This document shows, piece after piece, positions 52,447 through 64,000 of a DNA stretch of 64,000 nt. How positions within the stretch are numbered: position 1 is the stretch's first letter; every line of letters begins with the position of its first letter. The stretch covers positions 14,783,598-14,847,597 of the forward strand of contig NC_057718.1 in the NCBI RefSeq assembly GCF_004010195.1, read 5' to 3'. The notes under the pieces were generated by a model. The model made no database searches and was not told the DNA's origin. It was given only the letters and a program-made list of their open reading frames with translations. This stretch comes from Chiloscyllium plagiosum. Lineage: Eukaryota. Position numbers and translations under genes: made by a program.

Positions 52447-53020
52447 GGTAAGGATGTTGCCAGGATTGAAGGGTTTGAGCTAAAGGTGGAGGCTGAATGG
52501 ACTGGGGCTGTTTTCCATGGACATCAGAGGCTGAGGGGTGACCTTATACAGGTTTATAAAATCATGAGGGGCATGGATAGGGTCAATAACCAAAGTCTTT
52601 TTCTTAAGGTAGGGGAGTCCAAAACTAGAGGGCATAGGTTTAGAGTGAGAGGGGAAAGATTTTAAAAAGGTGGCAGGTGGGACTAGATTGGGTTGGGATA
52701 TCTGGTCGGTGTGGACAGGTTGGACCGAAGGGTCTGTTTCCATGCTGTGCATCTCTGTGACTCTATGACTCTCTATGACCAGAGGGGTTACTTTTTCATG
52801 CACAGGGTAGTGCATGTATGGAATGAGCTGCCAGAGGAGGTGGTGGAGGCTAGTATAATCACAACATTTAAAAGGCACCTGGATAGGTACATGAATAGGA
52901 AGGGTTTAGAGGGAGATGGGCCAAGTGCTGGCAAATGGGACTAGGTCAGTTTAGGATATCTGGTTGGTGCAGACAAGTTGGTCTGAAGGATCTGTTTCTG
53001 TGCTGTATAACTCTATAATT
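52447..53020 (+). mobile_element. CR1/HER1 3' end with a nested ~105-bp tail copy (52671-52776)
   Basis: RLRGDLIQVYKIMRG and VWNELPEEVVEA peptides; the tail sequence occurs twice. Confidence 0.88.
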
Positions 53021-53930
53021 CTAAGATGGTGAACTGGTGATAGGCGAGGCCTGAATTCTAAATTTTAAGGATTAATCTTGTATAAACTCTGGAATTGGAA
53101 CCACAATATTAACTGAACCAGGGACAGCAGGCTAGGCACAACAAAGAGCAGGTGGAGGGGAGTGACTTTTAACACATTAGTTACCCAGTAATCCTTGTAA
53201 ACTGCGAGAGAGCACAGGGCCTGAGCATCAGCAGTTCAGTAGTAATCAGTGTAGTCTCACTCCTACCATAACTGACTGAAAAGGGACAAATTGAGGCCAT
53301 ATAAAATGGCAGAGCTCCATCCAGCTCTTATAACTCTGTTACTTCAAGTGAAGATGGCCAAAGGGAGAAGGCAAGATAATAAGAGAGGACAATAAACTGG
53401 GTAATAATAGAATCTGCTTCACCATGGTATTAACAACCAGAGGGTGAAAACCGACATTAGGAAACATGAAGAGCTGACACAGGAACAAATACAGAGTTCT
53501 TCATCTATCTAATACATACTGCAGGTTACATGTGTATTTGTAGACAGAGAGGAAACCTGGGAGATTACTGTCTAAAAATATCAAATTGTCATTTATAACA
53601 TTAACTTGCTGCTTTCCCCAGTCTCAGACACTTCTCTCATGTCTTTCAATCTCTCCTAATGAAAGCATCCAGTTGCTAGAAGTGTTAGTTTTTGCTCTCC
53701 AGCTCTTGATGCTCGAGAAAAAAAAAATCGCCCTTATAGTCTTCTGTGTACTATTTCTGCTTTGAGGCAGTGACTGCTAATTTCTGTAGTTTGGGGAAAT
53801 GGTGTTGAGGTGCAGATGGGCCAGAATGATTGAAACAAACAGAATTGAAGGGCTGAATGGTATCACAATGGATATGGCATGTGGCTCAGCCATGATCAGT
53901 TGGCAACTGGGCTTCAGTAGAGGGTATGCC

Positions 53931-54570
53931 GAGGAGATGGTGGTACATTGGTAATGTCACTGGACTACTAATCCAGAGGTCTAGTCTAATGATTTAGGAA
54001 CTCTGGTCAAAGCTCCCAGCCTGTGGAATTGATAAGATCTGGAACTAAAAGCTAGCCCCTATAACAGTGACCACAAAACTACCATCAGAAACAAAAACAG
54101 AAATTGCTGGAGAATCTCAGCAGGTCTGGCAGCATCTAAGGAAAGAAATCACAGGTAACGTTTTGGGTCCAGTGATCCTTCTTCAGAACTGATGGTACCT
54201 AGGAAAAGGGCATTTTTTTTAAACAAAAGATGGTGGGTGGAGGGGTGAGGAGGAGGAAACGAAAGGTGAAGATATCGCCCAAAGACAGATAAAAACAGTT
54301 GGCCAGACAAAGACATTGATAAAGACCAGCCTGGGAGAGGTTAATGTTATAAATGACAACTTAGTTTTTCGTTTAGACAGCAATCTCCCACGTCCCTTAC
54401 CGTCTACATATACACATGTAATACAGCTACTACTGGGGCAATGAAACTATTGTCACTTGGTGTAAAAACCCACATAGTTCAGCAGTGTCCTTTGGGGAAA
54501 CAATATTTGCTGTCCTTCCCCAGTCTGGCCGATATGTGACTCCAGACCCACAGCAACGCGGTGGATTCAA
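53931..54570 (+). mobile_element. tRNA-derived SINE interrupted by a PLE family B end (about 54087-54430, minus)
   Basis: SINE homologous to 38723-39050. The PLE has minus-strand CTGAAGA-AGGATCACTGGACCC-AAAACGTT. Confidence 0.65.
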
Positions 54571-55589
54571 GCCACTCAGTCTAAAAGCAAGGAGGAATTG
54601 CATTTACATCAAAAAATAAGAAAAAACATTCATATTATACAAAGAATAGAAGAAGGTAATTTGACCCATCAATTCTGGCTCTTTGAAAAAGCTACCAATT
54701 AATTTCACTCTTTAAAGCCCAGCAATTTCCTTTTCCCTTTTTGAGCATTGAATTGGCCAAAGAGCTCATGTCAAAAACACTGTACCATTAAAGCCAGAGA
54801 AGGAACAATTCACCAGGCAGTCAATATGAAAAGGTTGGTCACTGAGTTGCTACCTCACAACAAGTGTGGGTTTTGAAGTGGTAACACATTCATGCTTAAC
54901 AGGCTTTTTCGAAACAAAGGGGAGTTAAGAAAGCTTGCCTCTTCAATTCCCCTTAAACAAACTCAATTCTGAAATCCCAAGAAGGGGACATCCACTATAA
55001 CAGGTTTAACCCACGGTTATGACGACCGCTCCTGGGATTGTGATTTGGAGGCCTTTCTTTCCTGCAGCCTGGAGGCCACCTTTCCCATTGTGTGACAAAC
55101 ACTGGAGGATGTGACCCGTTCTCATGTGCTCACAGTACTGACCCCATCACCTGAACATGATGCAGTTCAGCACAAAATCACTTCTCTACTCTATTCAGCA
55201 GCTCACCTCCTGCACTCAGCTGCCAAACGGAATTTGTATCCATTTTATCTAAATTGAATAAAATCACCGAGAGGTTCTGGAGTGAACTGTTGTTTCTTGT
55301 GATATTATTTTGGCCTGTATAAATCATAAGCTTTAAAATCAATACCTAATTTTGTCCTCAGCCATGATTGGATGAAGGACTACAGTATTGGACAATGCAG
55401 TGTAAGCATTTTCCGTACCATTATAGCCAGTTTATATTTCAATTTACTCAAGGGAAGGCCAATTGATGGCACCACATAAAAGATGTTTTTAAAAGATGGT
55501 GGTGTCAAGAACATTAACGATGACATTTAAAATCGTTTCTCAATTCCCTTCTCCATCACCTCTTTGTTAGTCATCACTCATTTGCTAAC

Positions 55590-55975
55590 ATTTCTGCTTC
55601 TCACATGATTTCAAGTTCAAGCCTCACTCCAGGATTTGAGCACAGAGATAATCGCTGACACTCTGGTGCGGTCGGAAGTGCTGCCCTTACTATGAGACAT
55701 CAATCGGAGTTCCCAGGCATCTGCTCATTTGCATGTGAAAGATCCCTTGGCACTATTCCGAAGGACAGCAGGGGAGTTATCCCCAGGGTGCTGGCCAATT
55801 CTTATTCTTCAAGCAACATCACAGAAAAACAGGTAAACTGATCATTGTCTCATTGCTGGTTGTGGGACTGTGCTGTGTGCTGTTTAGGTTATTATATAAT
55901 GTTATTTAAAATGTACTTCAGTCGGTTGTACTTTGAGACACCCAAAGGCCATGAGAAGTGCTATGCAATGCAATT
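55590..55975 (+). mobile_element. Deu-domain SINE
   Basis: GATCCCTTGGCACTATTCCGAAGGACAGCAGGGGAGTTATCCCC core. Confidence 0.7.
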
Positions 55976-57189
55976 CCTCCCCACTCCCCCGAAAGGAATG
56001 GCTCTTCCCAGTCAGCCTCAAGTTTCCCTTTTTATTTGATCTCAACGTAGACAACAAATACAAGCTCCATGGCCCTGAAGAAGGCAGCTATGCTGGCCGA
56101 CCTTTCACCAGGAAGGCTGTGGTCCTGCTACTCATGCTCCTCTCTGAGCATGTGAGGTAGGGAACAGGGCCTGGGGCACTGGACTACATCACGGCCCAAT
56201 AACCAGAGCCTGGGACTCCTGGGGACTGCTGTATTTAGACAAGGCCAAGGGAGGGGGGAGCTGCTGTGCTTGGCCTGGGTTGAAATGTGCAGTGTGAGGA
56301 CAGGGATGGGATCCGCTGTGCTTGGTGGGGGAGGGGGAAAGGGTGGGGTGGAGTGTCCACTGTGTTTGGGCTGGGCACGGAGCCCGCTGCCCTTGAGTTG
56401 GGCATCAGATTCCAAGACAGGAACACCACCAGGGCCTGTGATTTCCTGCCACCAGTATACTGAGAGGTTTGAGGATATGTGGAATCTGGAAGACTGTCAA
56501 GTACTGAATTCCGAAGACACTGCATCAAATAACTACCACTACTTTGACAATAAAAACCGCACGAGCTCTGCATTTCACCTTAATTTGGGGATTTGGATTC
56601 ATGTTCACTTTCAAAACATTTAGAAAGTGCAACGTGCACAGATTTATCTGCAGTGTTTTCAAGTCAGGATGTTTCAGTCCAATGTGGCCCCAAACTACAT
56701 GTGGAAGAATTGAGTCGAATGCATGTTGTGATATTCTTGAAACATCTTGACACTTGTAATGACAACAAACAAGATCAAGTGTGAAAGCACAGCTGGTAGA
56801 CACGCAAATTAACAGAAACCTGCTAGGACTCTTAAAATAGCATTCCTATTTCGAAAGAAGAAAGTGTAAAGGCAAGAAAAAACAGTTTCTTGCTGCTTGT
56901 GCTGCTCTAGTGAGGAAAGGTCAGTGCCAAGAATTAACGTTTAAAGTGCAGGCACCAAGTGTACTCAACATATCCAATGTCACCCTTTGCTCAACTACAG
57001 AAAGGAAAATCTTATGTTTATGAGTTCTGAAGAAGAATCACATTTGGTTTGGAACATGAACTCTGTTCCTCTCTTCAAATACCTGCTGAACTGTTTCAGC
57101 AATTTCTGGTTTTTTAATGCATTTATATGGCACTTTTCACAAGTTCAGGATTTCGCAAAGGACTTTATAGCCGATTAAGAACTTGCAAG

Positions 57190-57525
57190 TCATAGCATCC
57201 CTCCAGTGTGAAAGCAGGCCATTCATCCCATCAAGTCCACACCAACCCTAACAGCACCCCATCCAGACCCAAACCCCCTGCAATTCCCATGGCTGATCCA
57301 CCTGACTGGCACATCCCTGGACACTACGGGCAATTTAGCATGGTCAGTCCACCTAATTCGCAAATCTTTGGACTGTGGGAAAAAACTGGAGCATCCGGAG
57401 GAAACCGAGGATGACATGGGAAGAATGTGCAAAATCCACACGGACAGTCGCCTGAGGCTGGAATTGAACCCAAGTCCCTGGCGCTGTGAAGCAGCAGTGC
57501 TAAGCACTGAGCCACCATGCTGCCC
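57190..57525 (-). mobile_element. HE1-type V-SINE
   Basis: Full head and V domain on the minus strand. Confidence 0.88.
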
Positions 57526-57599
57526 ACATTGTAGTCATTTGCAAAGGAGCTCCAAAATATTATGTATTGAGTGCGTTGCAAGGACCTTACTGCACATGG

Positions 57600-57970
57600 C
57601 TTTGGAGCAGACAAGACTGAGAGGGAACATGACTGAGATATATAAAATTATGACAGGAAGAATCTTTCTCCCTTTGGTGGGGGATCTGATGACCATGGGT
57701 GTAGACTTAAGGTGAGGGGCAGGAGGTTTAGAAGGGACGTAAGGAAAAGGTTTTTCCCCAGAGACTGGTGAGAATCTGGAACTCACTGCCTGGAAGAATG
57801 TGGAGGCAGAAACCCTCTTAACATTTACAATGTATTTAAATGTGCACTTATAATGCCATGGCAATCAACCAAGTGTTGGAAAATGGGGTTAGAATAGTGA
57901 AGTGGGTGTTTTTAATTAATGAAAACTTTGTGGACCGAAGGGTTTTTTTCTGCATAGTAGACCTCTGTAA
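57600..57970 (+). mobile_element. old CR1 3' fragment
   Basis: LEQTRLRGNMTEIYKIM peptide. Confidence 0.75.
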
Positions 57971-59841
57971 GTCTAAGACATGGCACCTCATTTCACTCGT
58001 ATACAGGTAACAGTCAACTGCACCTCAGTGCTGTCAATCCTTCCATTGCCTCAGTACTGCCAGTCTACTTGGCCATCATCCTTTCTAGTATGAGCCAGAA
58101 ATTTCCTTCAATTAAACTTCAGGAAGATCAAAAGGCACTTGCAACAGCCCTATCCCAGCACTTTTCCCTCTCACCCACCCCGTCGTGCCACTGTCTCAGG
58201 CTGAGCCAAACAGGTCAGTGACCCTGAGCTATGCATCTGTCTTTGCTCTCCACCCCTAAACCTCACCTGCTAACACCTCCATCATGTCACTGTTTTCAAA
58301 GCCTAGCTCAGTCCGTCTGCTTTGGCAACCCTTGTCCATGCCTTGTCCCTTCCAGAATTGATTATTACAAAGCTGCAGCAGGCCTTCCTTCCCCAGTAAA
58401 CACATCCAGAAATGTACTAACTGTGTCCTGACTTGTACTAAGTCCCACCCAGGATGATCCGAATGTTCTCACTGACCTCCATTGATTCCCTGGTTCACTA
58501 ACACCTTCAATTACAGTATCATCTTCAAATCTATGTATGGCTTCCCTCCTCCCAGGCTCTGTATTCCTCCTCCTGCCACATAATCCACAAAGAAAACTGT
58601 CTTCTACCAATGCAAAAGCAAGATGGGATCATCAACCTGAAACATAACCTCTGTTTCTCTCTCAATAGTTGCTGCCAGACAGCATGAGTCTTCCCAGCAC
58701 TTTGATTTGAAGCTTTCCTTCAATTTTCATTTCTCAGCCAACCAGGACTCCCATTGTCCTCGCAGCAGCCACGATCTCAGGATCTGCAGTTCTCTCCCTA
58801 CGACTCTGAGTCTATCTCACACTCTCTCCATCTCCTTTCTTCTGTAAGAACTTCTGATGTCTCCTTGTTCGGCGCTGGGGGTCAGTTTTCCTCTGATGAT
58901 GCTCTTGTACAACACCTTGGGATATTTTTCAATGCTTAAACTATGATTTAATGAAATCGATTGAGGTGGTTGTCAGTCAATGCTATGAAATGTTGAAAAC
59001 AGCCAGCTGTGACCATGAATAGGTGAGGAAATGCCAGCCCTTAGCTAGTATTTTGACGACCATTTAGCTGACAAATTGATGTTGGCACTGGTACACATCC
59101 CACTGCTGCCAAGCCAAGGTTAAACTGAATACCACAACAGTGATACAAAGGGCTAGATGATCCAACTCAAGAAAATCTGTACGCTCTGTAATGAATCACA
59201 GGATATTTTACAAAGGGCTTATTGACAGCACACAAACTTTCACTCTAATTCACAACTACACACCTCTCATTCAAAGTCCTGCATCAAGAGTATCAGTATC
59301 AGGAAGAGCTGGTCCTGCTGAGAGCTGTCCATGCTGCTGACTCCCTCCCGCCATCACTCATCTGTACCTGGCACCCTCTGCAATCTCAGGCCTTAGTAAG
59401 TGTAATGTTAGCAGTAGCCAGCGTCCTCCTGAGCCACTATTGGGCAATAGTGAGCTGCTGACATCCTATTGGTCAGCGCCATGTGGTGGGCTACACCTCT
59501 GTGCCCAGGTCCTCGATTCAGGAGGAAGGCCCAGCACTGGCCTGCCATGTGCCGGAGTGGAATTTGAAATGAGGCCACCCAGGGTTTTGGCCGACTCTGC
59601 GATCAGCAGTCCAGACACCCACACACTTCTGGATGTCACACACAATGGAAGCCCACCGTCAGGTGATCCATCAGTAAGTAACATCGAAAGAGGTCTAAGG
59701 TGATATTTCTTAGTCCAAGAAGTCAGCATCGACAAATACATAACTATTGGCATCTCAGAGAAATAATGTAAATGTCATTGAATTATTAGGCTAGGCGACG
59801 GCCTAGTGGTATTATCGCTTGGCTGTTAATCTAGAAACGTT

Positions 59842-60047
59842 GCTGAAAATGTGTTGCTGGAAAAGCGCAGCAGGTCAGGCAGCATCCAGGGAACAGGAGA
59901 ATCGACGTTTCGGGCATAAGCCCTTCTTCAGGGCTTATGCCCGAAACATCGATTCTCCTGTTCCCTGGATGCTGCCTGACCTGCTGCGCTTTTCCAGCAA
60001 CACATTTTCAGCTCTGATCTCCAGCATCTGCAGACCTCACTTTCTCC
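59842..60047 (+). mobile_element. PLE family A fold-back insertion
   Basis: Perfect 16-bp TSD CTGTTAATCTAGAAAC at 59823-59838 / 60047-60062. Near-perfect arms and a 35-nt tail. Confidence 0.9.
59904..59931 (-). ncRNA. minimal hammerhead ribozyme core
   Basis: Minus strand reads CTGAAGA-A-GGGC-TTAT-GCCC-GAAA-C-GTC. Confidence 0.65.
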
Positions 60048-60851
60048 TGTTAATCTAGAAACCCAGGTAATGTCCTGGGGTCCTGGCTTCTAATCCTGTC
60101 ACAGCAGATGGTGGAATTTGAATCCAATTTTAAAAAGAATCTGGAATTAAGAATCTAATGATGGCCATGAATCTATTTTCGATTATCAGAAAAAACACTC
60201 ATCTGGTTCATTAATGTCCTTTAGGGAAGGTAGCTGCCATCCTTACTTGGTCTCGTTTATATGTGACTCCAGACCCACTGCAATGTGGTTGACTCTCAAC
60301 TGCCCTCTGGGCAAATAGGCTTGAGCAATAAATGCTGACCTAGCCAGCAATGCCCTCATCCAGTAAATGAATAAAAATAGAGTCCTTGGCAGTCATGAAA
60401 ATAAACACATCTTCCCACACATTAGGTATCACAATGACAGCAATGTGTATTGTTCCCCTGCCAGGTGTCAGGCTGCAGGTACTGACAGCTCACTCTGCAC
60501 AAGCTATGCAAGAGTTAAAAGAATCCAAAAATCAAACAGCCATAAAAAGGGTTGCTTGGCAACAACAATCCAAATGTTTTATGGCCTAACCATTCCACTC
60601 AATCATGCTCCAGACTAAAGGAATGTCAGTCCAGTTGTTCTTCAGTAATGGTTTCGTGATTGACAGCAGCTTCCAGCTCTGTTTAAAATCACCCCGTGCT
60701 ATAACAGCAATCAAGTGCCATTACGGTACAGAAATGTGTCTTATATATAATATTCACAGACACATATATACTCATGTACAGACTTAAACACACATACATA
60801 CACACAATGTGTAGAGATCCATGATTCAAAGCTGAATAAGTATAAGACTGA

Positions 60852-61050
60852 AACAATAACAGAAATTGCTGGAAAGGCTCAGCAGTATCTGTGAAGAGAA
60901 ATCAAGAGTTAACATTTCAGTTTCGGTGACCCAGTTCTGAGGAAGGCTTATCAGATCTGAAACTTTGATTTCTCTGCACGGACGCTGCCAGCCCTGCTGA
61001 GCTTTTCCAGCAACTTCTGTTACAGCATCTGCGGTTCTTTCGGTTTTTAT
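60852..61050 (+). mobile_element. PLE family B fold-back insertion
   Basis: Perfect 15-bp TSD TAAGTATAAGACTGA at 60837-60851 / 61051-61065. CTGAGGA lies near the apex. Confidence 0.75.
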
Positions 61051-61696
61051 TAAGTATAAGACTGATTTCCTTTTTTTAAAAATGTTACAGCAAACTATTA
61101 AGAGCAGGAATACAATGTAATAAATTTATAAAATTAAATGAATATAATAATGAGAGCAAGTTGAGTGATGTGTTGCTACTGCAGCACATGGAAGCTGCTG
61201 GACACCAAACTGATTCAAGGGAACATGCCTTACCAACTGACTACAACTCAAGGAATTTGAATGGAGGATCCAAGTTGAGGAGCTGGAGGTTAAGCTGCAG
61301 GTGTTGTGCCACATAGAGTCATGGAGGTCTACAGCATGGAAACAGGCCCTTCAGCCCAGCCTGCCCATGCTGCCCAGTTCCACCAGGGAATGGGAAAGTG
61401 ACCTGGGCACTTTGCTCCAGAGGGCGGTCACGCCCATCAGAGGTAATTCAAATTTGGGCAGTGATCGGGGACGGGAGGGTATGACTGCAGGCAAGGCAGG
61501 CATGGGAACCCAAGGCCTAAAATTGAGGAGCCTTGGCTAACAATGCGGGTTTCTTGCAATCTGTGCAGACAAGAATGGGGACAGCGTGGAGGATGAGCAA
61601 ACTGACCGCAGCACCTTGGTCAGCCAATCAAGCAAGGGGAGGGAACAGAAATGTAGCAGTAGTTAGCGACAATATCATTAGGAGGATAGATCTGTT

Positions 61697-61872
61697 TGAG
61701 AGTGTGGTGCTGGAAAGGCACAGCAGGTCAGGCAGCATCTAAGGAGCAAGAAAATCGACATTTTGGGCAGTAATGTTGATTCTCCTGCTCCTCAGATGCT
61801 GCCTGGCTGCTATACTTTTCCAGCACCACACTCTTGAATGATCTCCAGCATCTGCAGTCCTGACTTTCTCCC
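61697..61872 (+). mobile_element. PLE family A fold-back insertion
   Basis: TSD GGATAGATCT (61684-61693) / GGACAGATCT (61874-61883). Confidence 0.8.
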
Positions 61873-62743
61873 CGGACAGATCTTTTCACTGTAGCTGCGA
61901 GCTTCAATCCCAAAGGACGTGTTGCCTGCCTGGTGCCAACGTTAAAGATATCTCCTCCAGTGGAGGAGAACTTAGAGAGGGAGTGGAGGGATCCAGTTGT
62001 TATTGTCCACAGTGGACCAATGACACTGTTAGAATGAGAAAGAAGTGCTGCTGAAAGACGTTGAACAGTTAAAAGATAAATTGGAAACAGACCCTCGAAG
62101 GTACGAATCTTTAGTTCACTATCAGAGCACAGGCACAGAGTAAATAAAGTCGAGAAATGTGTGGCTCAAAGCTTGATGTGGGCGGAGTGGGTTTCAGTTT
62201 CTGGGATACTGACACCCGTATTGTGGTAGAAGGGAGTTGTGCTGGTGCTTCGCATGAACTTCAGACCAGTGTCCCGCAGAACCCAATAACTGGGGTTGTA
62301 GAGAGAGCTTTAAACTAATGACAGGACAGGGAATAGGGTGTGGGAGAGGGGAAATATAGGCACACAAAGCAAAAAGATATGGCAGCATTACAGGATAGCT
62401 ATGATAATGATACCCAGAGTGGGACAGGAACTGACAGTCACTTTTTCAAACATCGAAAAACAGCAATAAATAGGGTCAAAGGGGAAAGAATTGTAAAAAT
62501 GAAAAAGGAGTGGCTTTTAACTTGAATACATATGGCATATAGAATAAATTAAATTAATTAATAGCATTAATACAAGTTAAAGGTCTGATCTTATAGCCAT
62601 TATTGGGACATGATTACTAGGAAATTAATGCAAGGAACTAAATACCAGGGCTATGGGACTTTTCAAAAGGACAGGCAGGAAGGGACGGTGTAGCTTTGTT
62701 AAGCTATGGAATAGAATAAGTACAAGAGCAAGAAATGATTTAC

Positions 62744-63206
62744 ATCATTTTCAAGATGCCATGTAAAAACTGTAAAAATAACACTACATCAAACAAACTA
62801 GCAGGCAAATTGCCACCAGGATACATGAACACCAATTGGCTACCAAACGTCATGACCCACTATCACTAGTTTCTATACATACAGACAAAGAAGGACACCA
62901 CTTTGACTGGGACAACACACACACCCTAGGACAGGCGAAACAAAGACACGCACGAGAATGCTAAGAGGCACGGCATTCTAACCAGAACTCTATCAATAAA
63001 CACATCAATTTAGACCCATTTACCTTGTCTTGAAACAAAGAACCGGAAATGATATCACCCACCCTAAGAAACCAAGACCTGGAAATACAGATTGGGACAT
63101 ACCAGCAGCACATCACCAAAGACTCTCACCGATGATGTTACCTAGTATGGTGACAAAACGTTTGAAAACAAACCTTCAAGCTCAGCGAGCTAACTTACAT
63201 ACTTAA
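62744..63206 (+). mobile_element. Penelope (Poseidon-type) 3' end: GIY-YIG remnant plus hammerhead
   Basis: IIFKMPCKNC / HYIKQTSRQIATRIHEHQLATKRHD...HHFDWDNT...SINKH, with a decayed ribozyme at 63129-63162. Confidence 0.85.
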
Positions 63207-63600
63207 CAAGAAATTGTCTCAGATTGGAGGAAATAAAATCCATATGCATGGAGGTACGAAATACCAAGGAGAAGACGACACTGGGGAGGAGTAGCCCAAA
63301 GATCCCCTAGCAATAGCTATACAGTATGACAAAGAATAAATCAGAAGATAATGAGGGCATGTAAAATTTGGAGCACATTAATCACGAGTGACTTTAATCT
63401 TTAGTGCATATTGGGAAAGCCAGATCGGCAGAGATAATCATGAAAAAGATCTCGTGGAGTGGTATTTGGAGCACTTTCAAAGAACAATATGCTGTGGATC
63501 CAACCAGTGATCAGATTATTTAGGAAGTATAATAAAGCAGGTTTAATAAATGATCTCAGGGTAAAAGATCCCTTCAACAACTGTAGCCATAACATGGTAG

Positions 63601-63980
63601 TGTGACAATACTGTGGCTTTAAGAGGTGTGTTTTGTCCTGGTTTCTTTTAGAGAGGGATTGGGGGACAAGTATAGAGTAGAATATGAGAAATTAAATGAC
63701 CTGTGAGGCCCTGGGAGCTTTTTTTAAAGTTGGAACAATAGAAGTAGCCTGGATGGGTGTGGCCAGCACTCATTGACCAGGATTTTTAGGATTGTTTTAG
63801 CTTTTACATTCAGCAGAAGCTGCTGGAGTTTTGAAGAAGTAGAAGCTTTTTTTTGCCCTCGGTTACAGCTAGAAGCTGGGGTTTCTTTTCCTAATGTGGT
63901 CATTACATGTAAGCAAACCTGTTTTCTGAATTTGCCTTTTTGCCAAGGGATGTGTTTGTGGATGTCACTATATTGGAACA
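63601..63980 (+). mobile_element. LTR-like element, same family as 2246-2813, interrupted by a PLE at the window end
   Basis: Starts TGTGA. TTTTTGCCAAGGGATGTGTTTGTGGATGTCACT matches 2525-2560. Confidence 0.6.
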
Positions 63981-64000
63981 GGTCAGGCAGCATCTAGGGA

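Larger units (their letters stand above)
59793..60377 (+). mobile_element. tRNA-derived SINE with a LINE-shared tail, interrupted by a PLE
   Basis: Homologous to 38723-39050. Tail GGGCAAATAGG..CAATAAATGCTG..TGAATAAAA. Confidence 0.8.
61150..63600 (+). mobile_element. CR1 LINE 5' part: degenerate ORF1 (Cys motif/coiled coil plus SGNH esterase) and ORF2 endonuclease
   Basis: VMCCYCSTW, VEELEVKLQVLCH, RNVAVVSDNIIRRID, CCLPGANVKDIS; endonuclease-like DLIAIIGT and SHNMV. Confidence 0.75.

Noticed and set aside
56051..56156. Possible exon (acceptor ..CAACGTAG, donor GAG|GTAGGG)
   Set aside because: The translation NKYKLHGPEEGSY... is unrecognised, and splice-like pairs occur by chance.
59440..59753. 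Overlapping ORFs in a GC-richer unique segment
   Set aside because: No known motif on either strand and no supportable exon structure.
59842..60012. miRNA precursor or DNA-transposon MITE
   Set aside because: The hairpin is made of PLE terminal sequence with an asymmetric tail and variable-length TSDs, unlike the fixed TSDs of cut-and-paste transposons. Small-RNA production cannot be judged from sequence.

Overview
This is eukaryotic, repeat-dense, non-coding DNA, intronic or intergenic. The repeat content (HE1-type V-SINEs, HER1/CR1 LINE ends, Deu-domain SINEs) points to a shark or ray genome; this is an inference from recalled family consensus, not a database search. I could not support any host protein-coding exon, rRNA, tRNA or CRISPR array. 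Every recognisable ORF in the track is a retrotransposon remnant. The window holds about 10 HE1 SINEs, many CR1 3' fragments, a 2.85-kb CR1 ORF2 (30153-33003), a CR1 5' part with ORF1 (61150-63600), two Tx1-like 3' ends, two related LTR-like elements and two Penelope-like (PLE) GIY-YIG remnants. The most interesting signal is a set of short PLE-terminus insertions from at least three families. They carry minimal hammerhead ribozyme cores (CTGANGA-stem II-GAAA-palindrome) and often share one architecture: a fold-back hairpin, an unpaired tail of about 33-42 nt, and an 10-16 bp target-site duplication (TSD). Their breakpoints cluster at the ribozyme. Coordinates were counted by eye, so the edges of old repeats are approximate.
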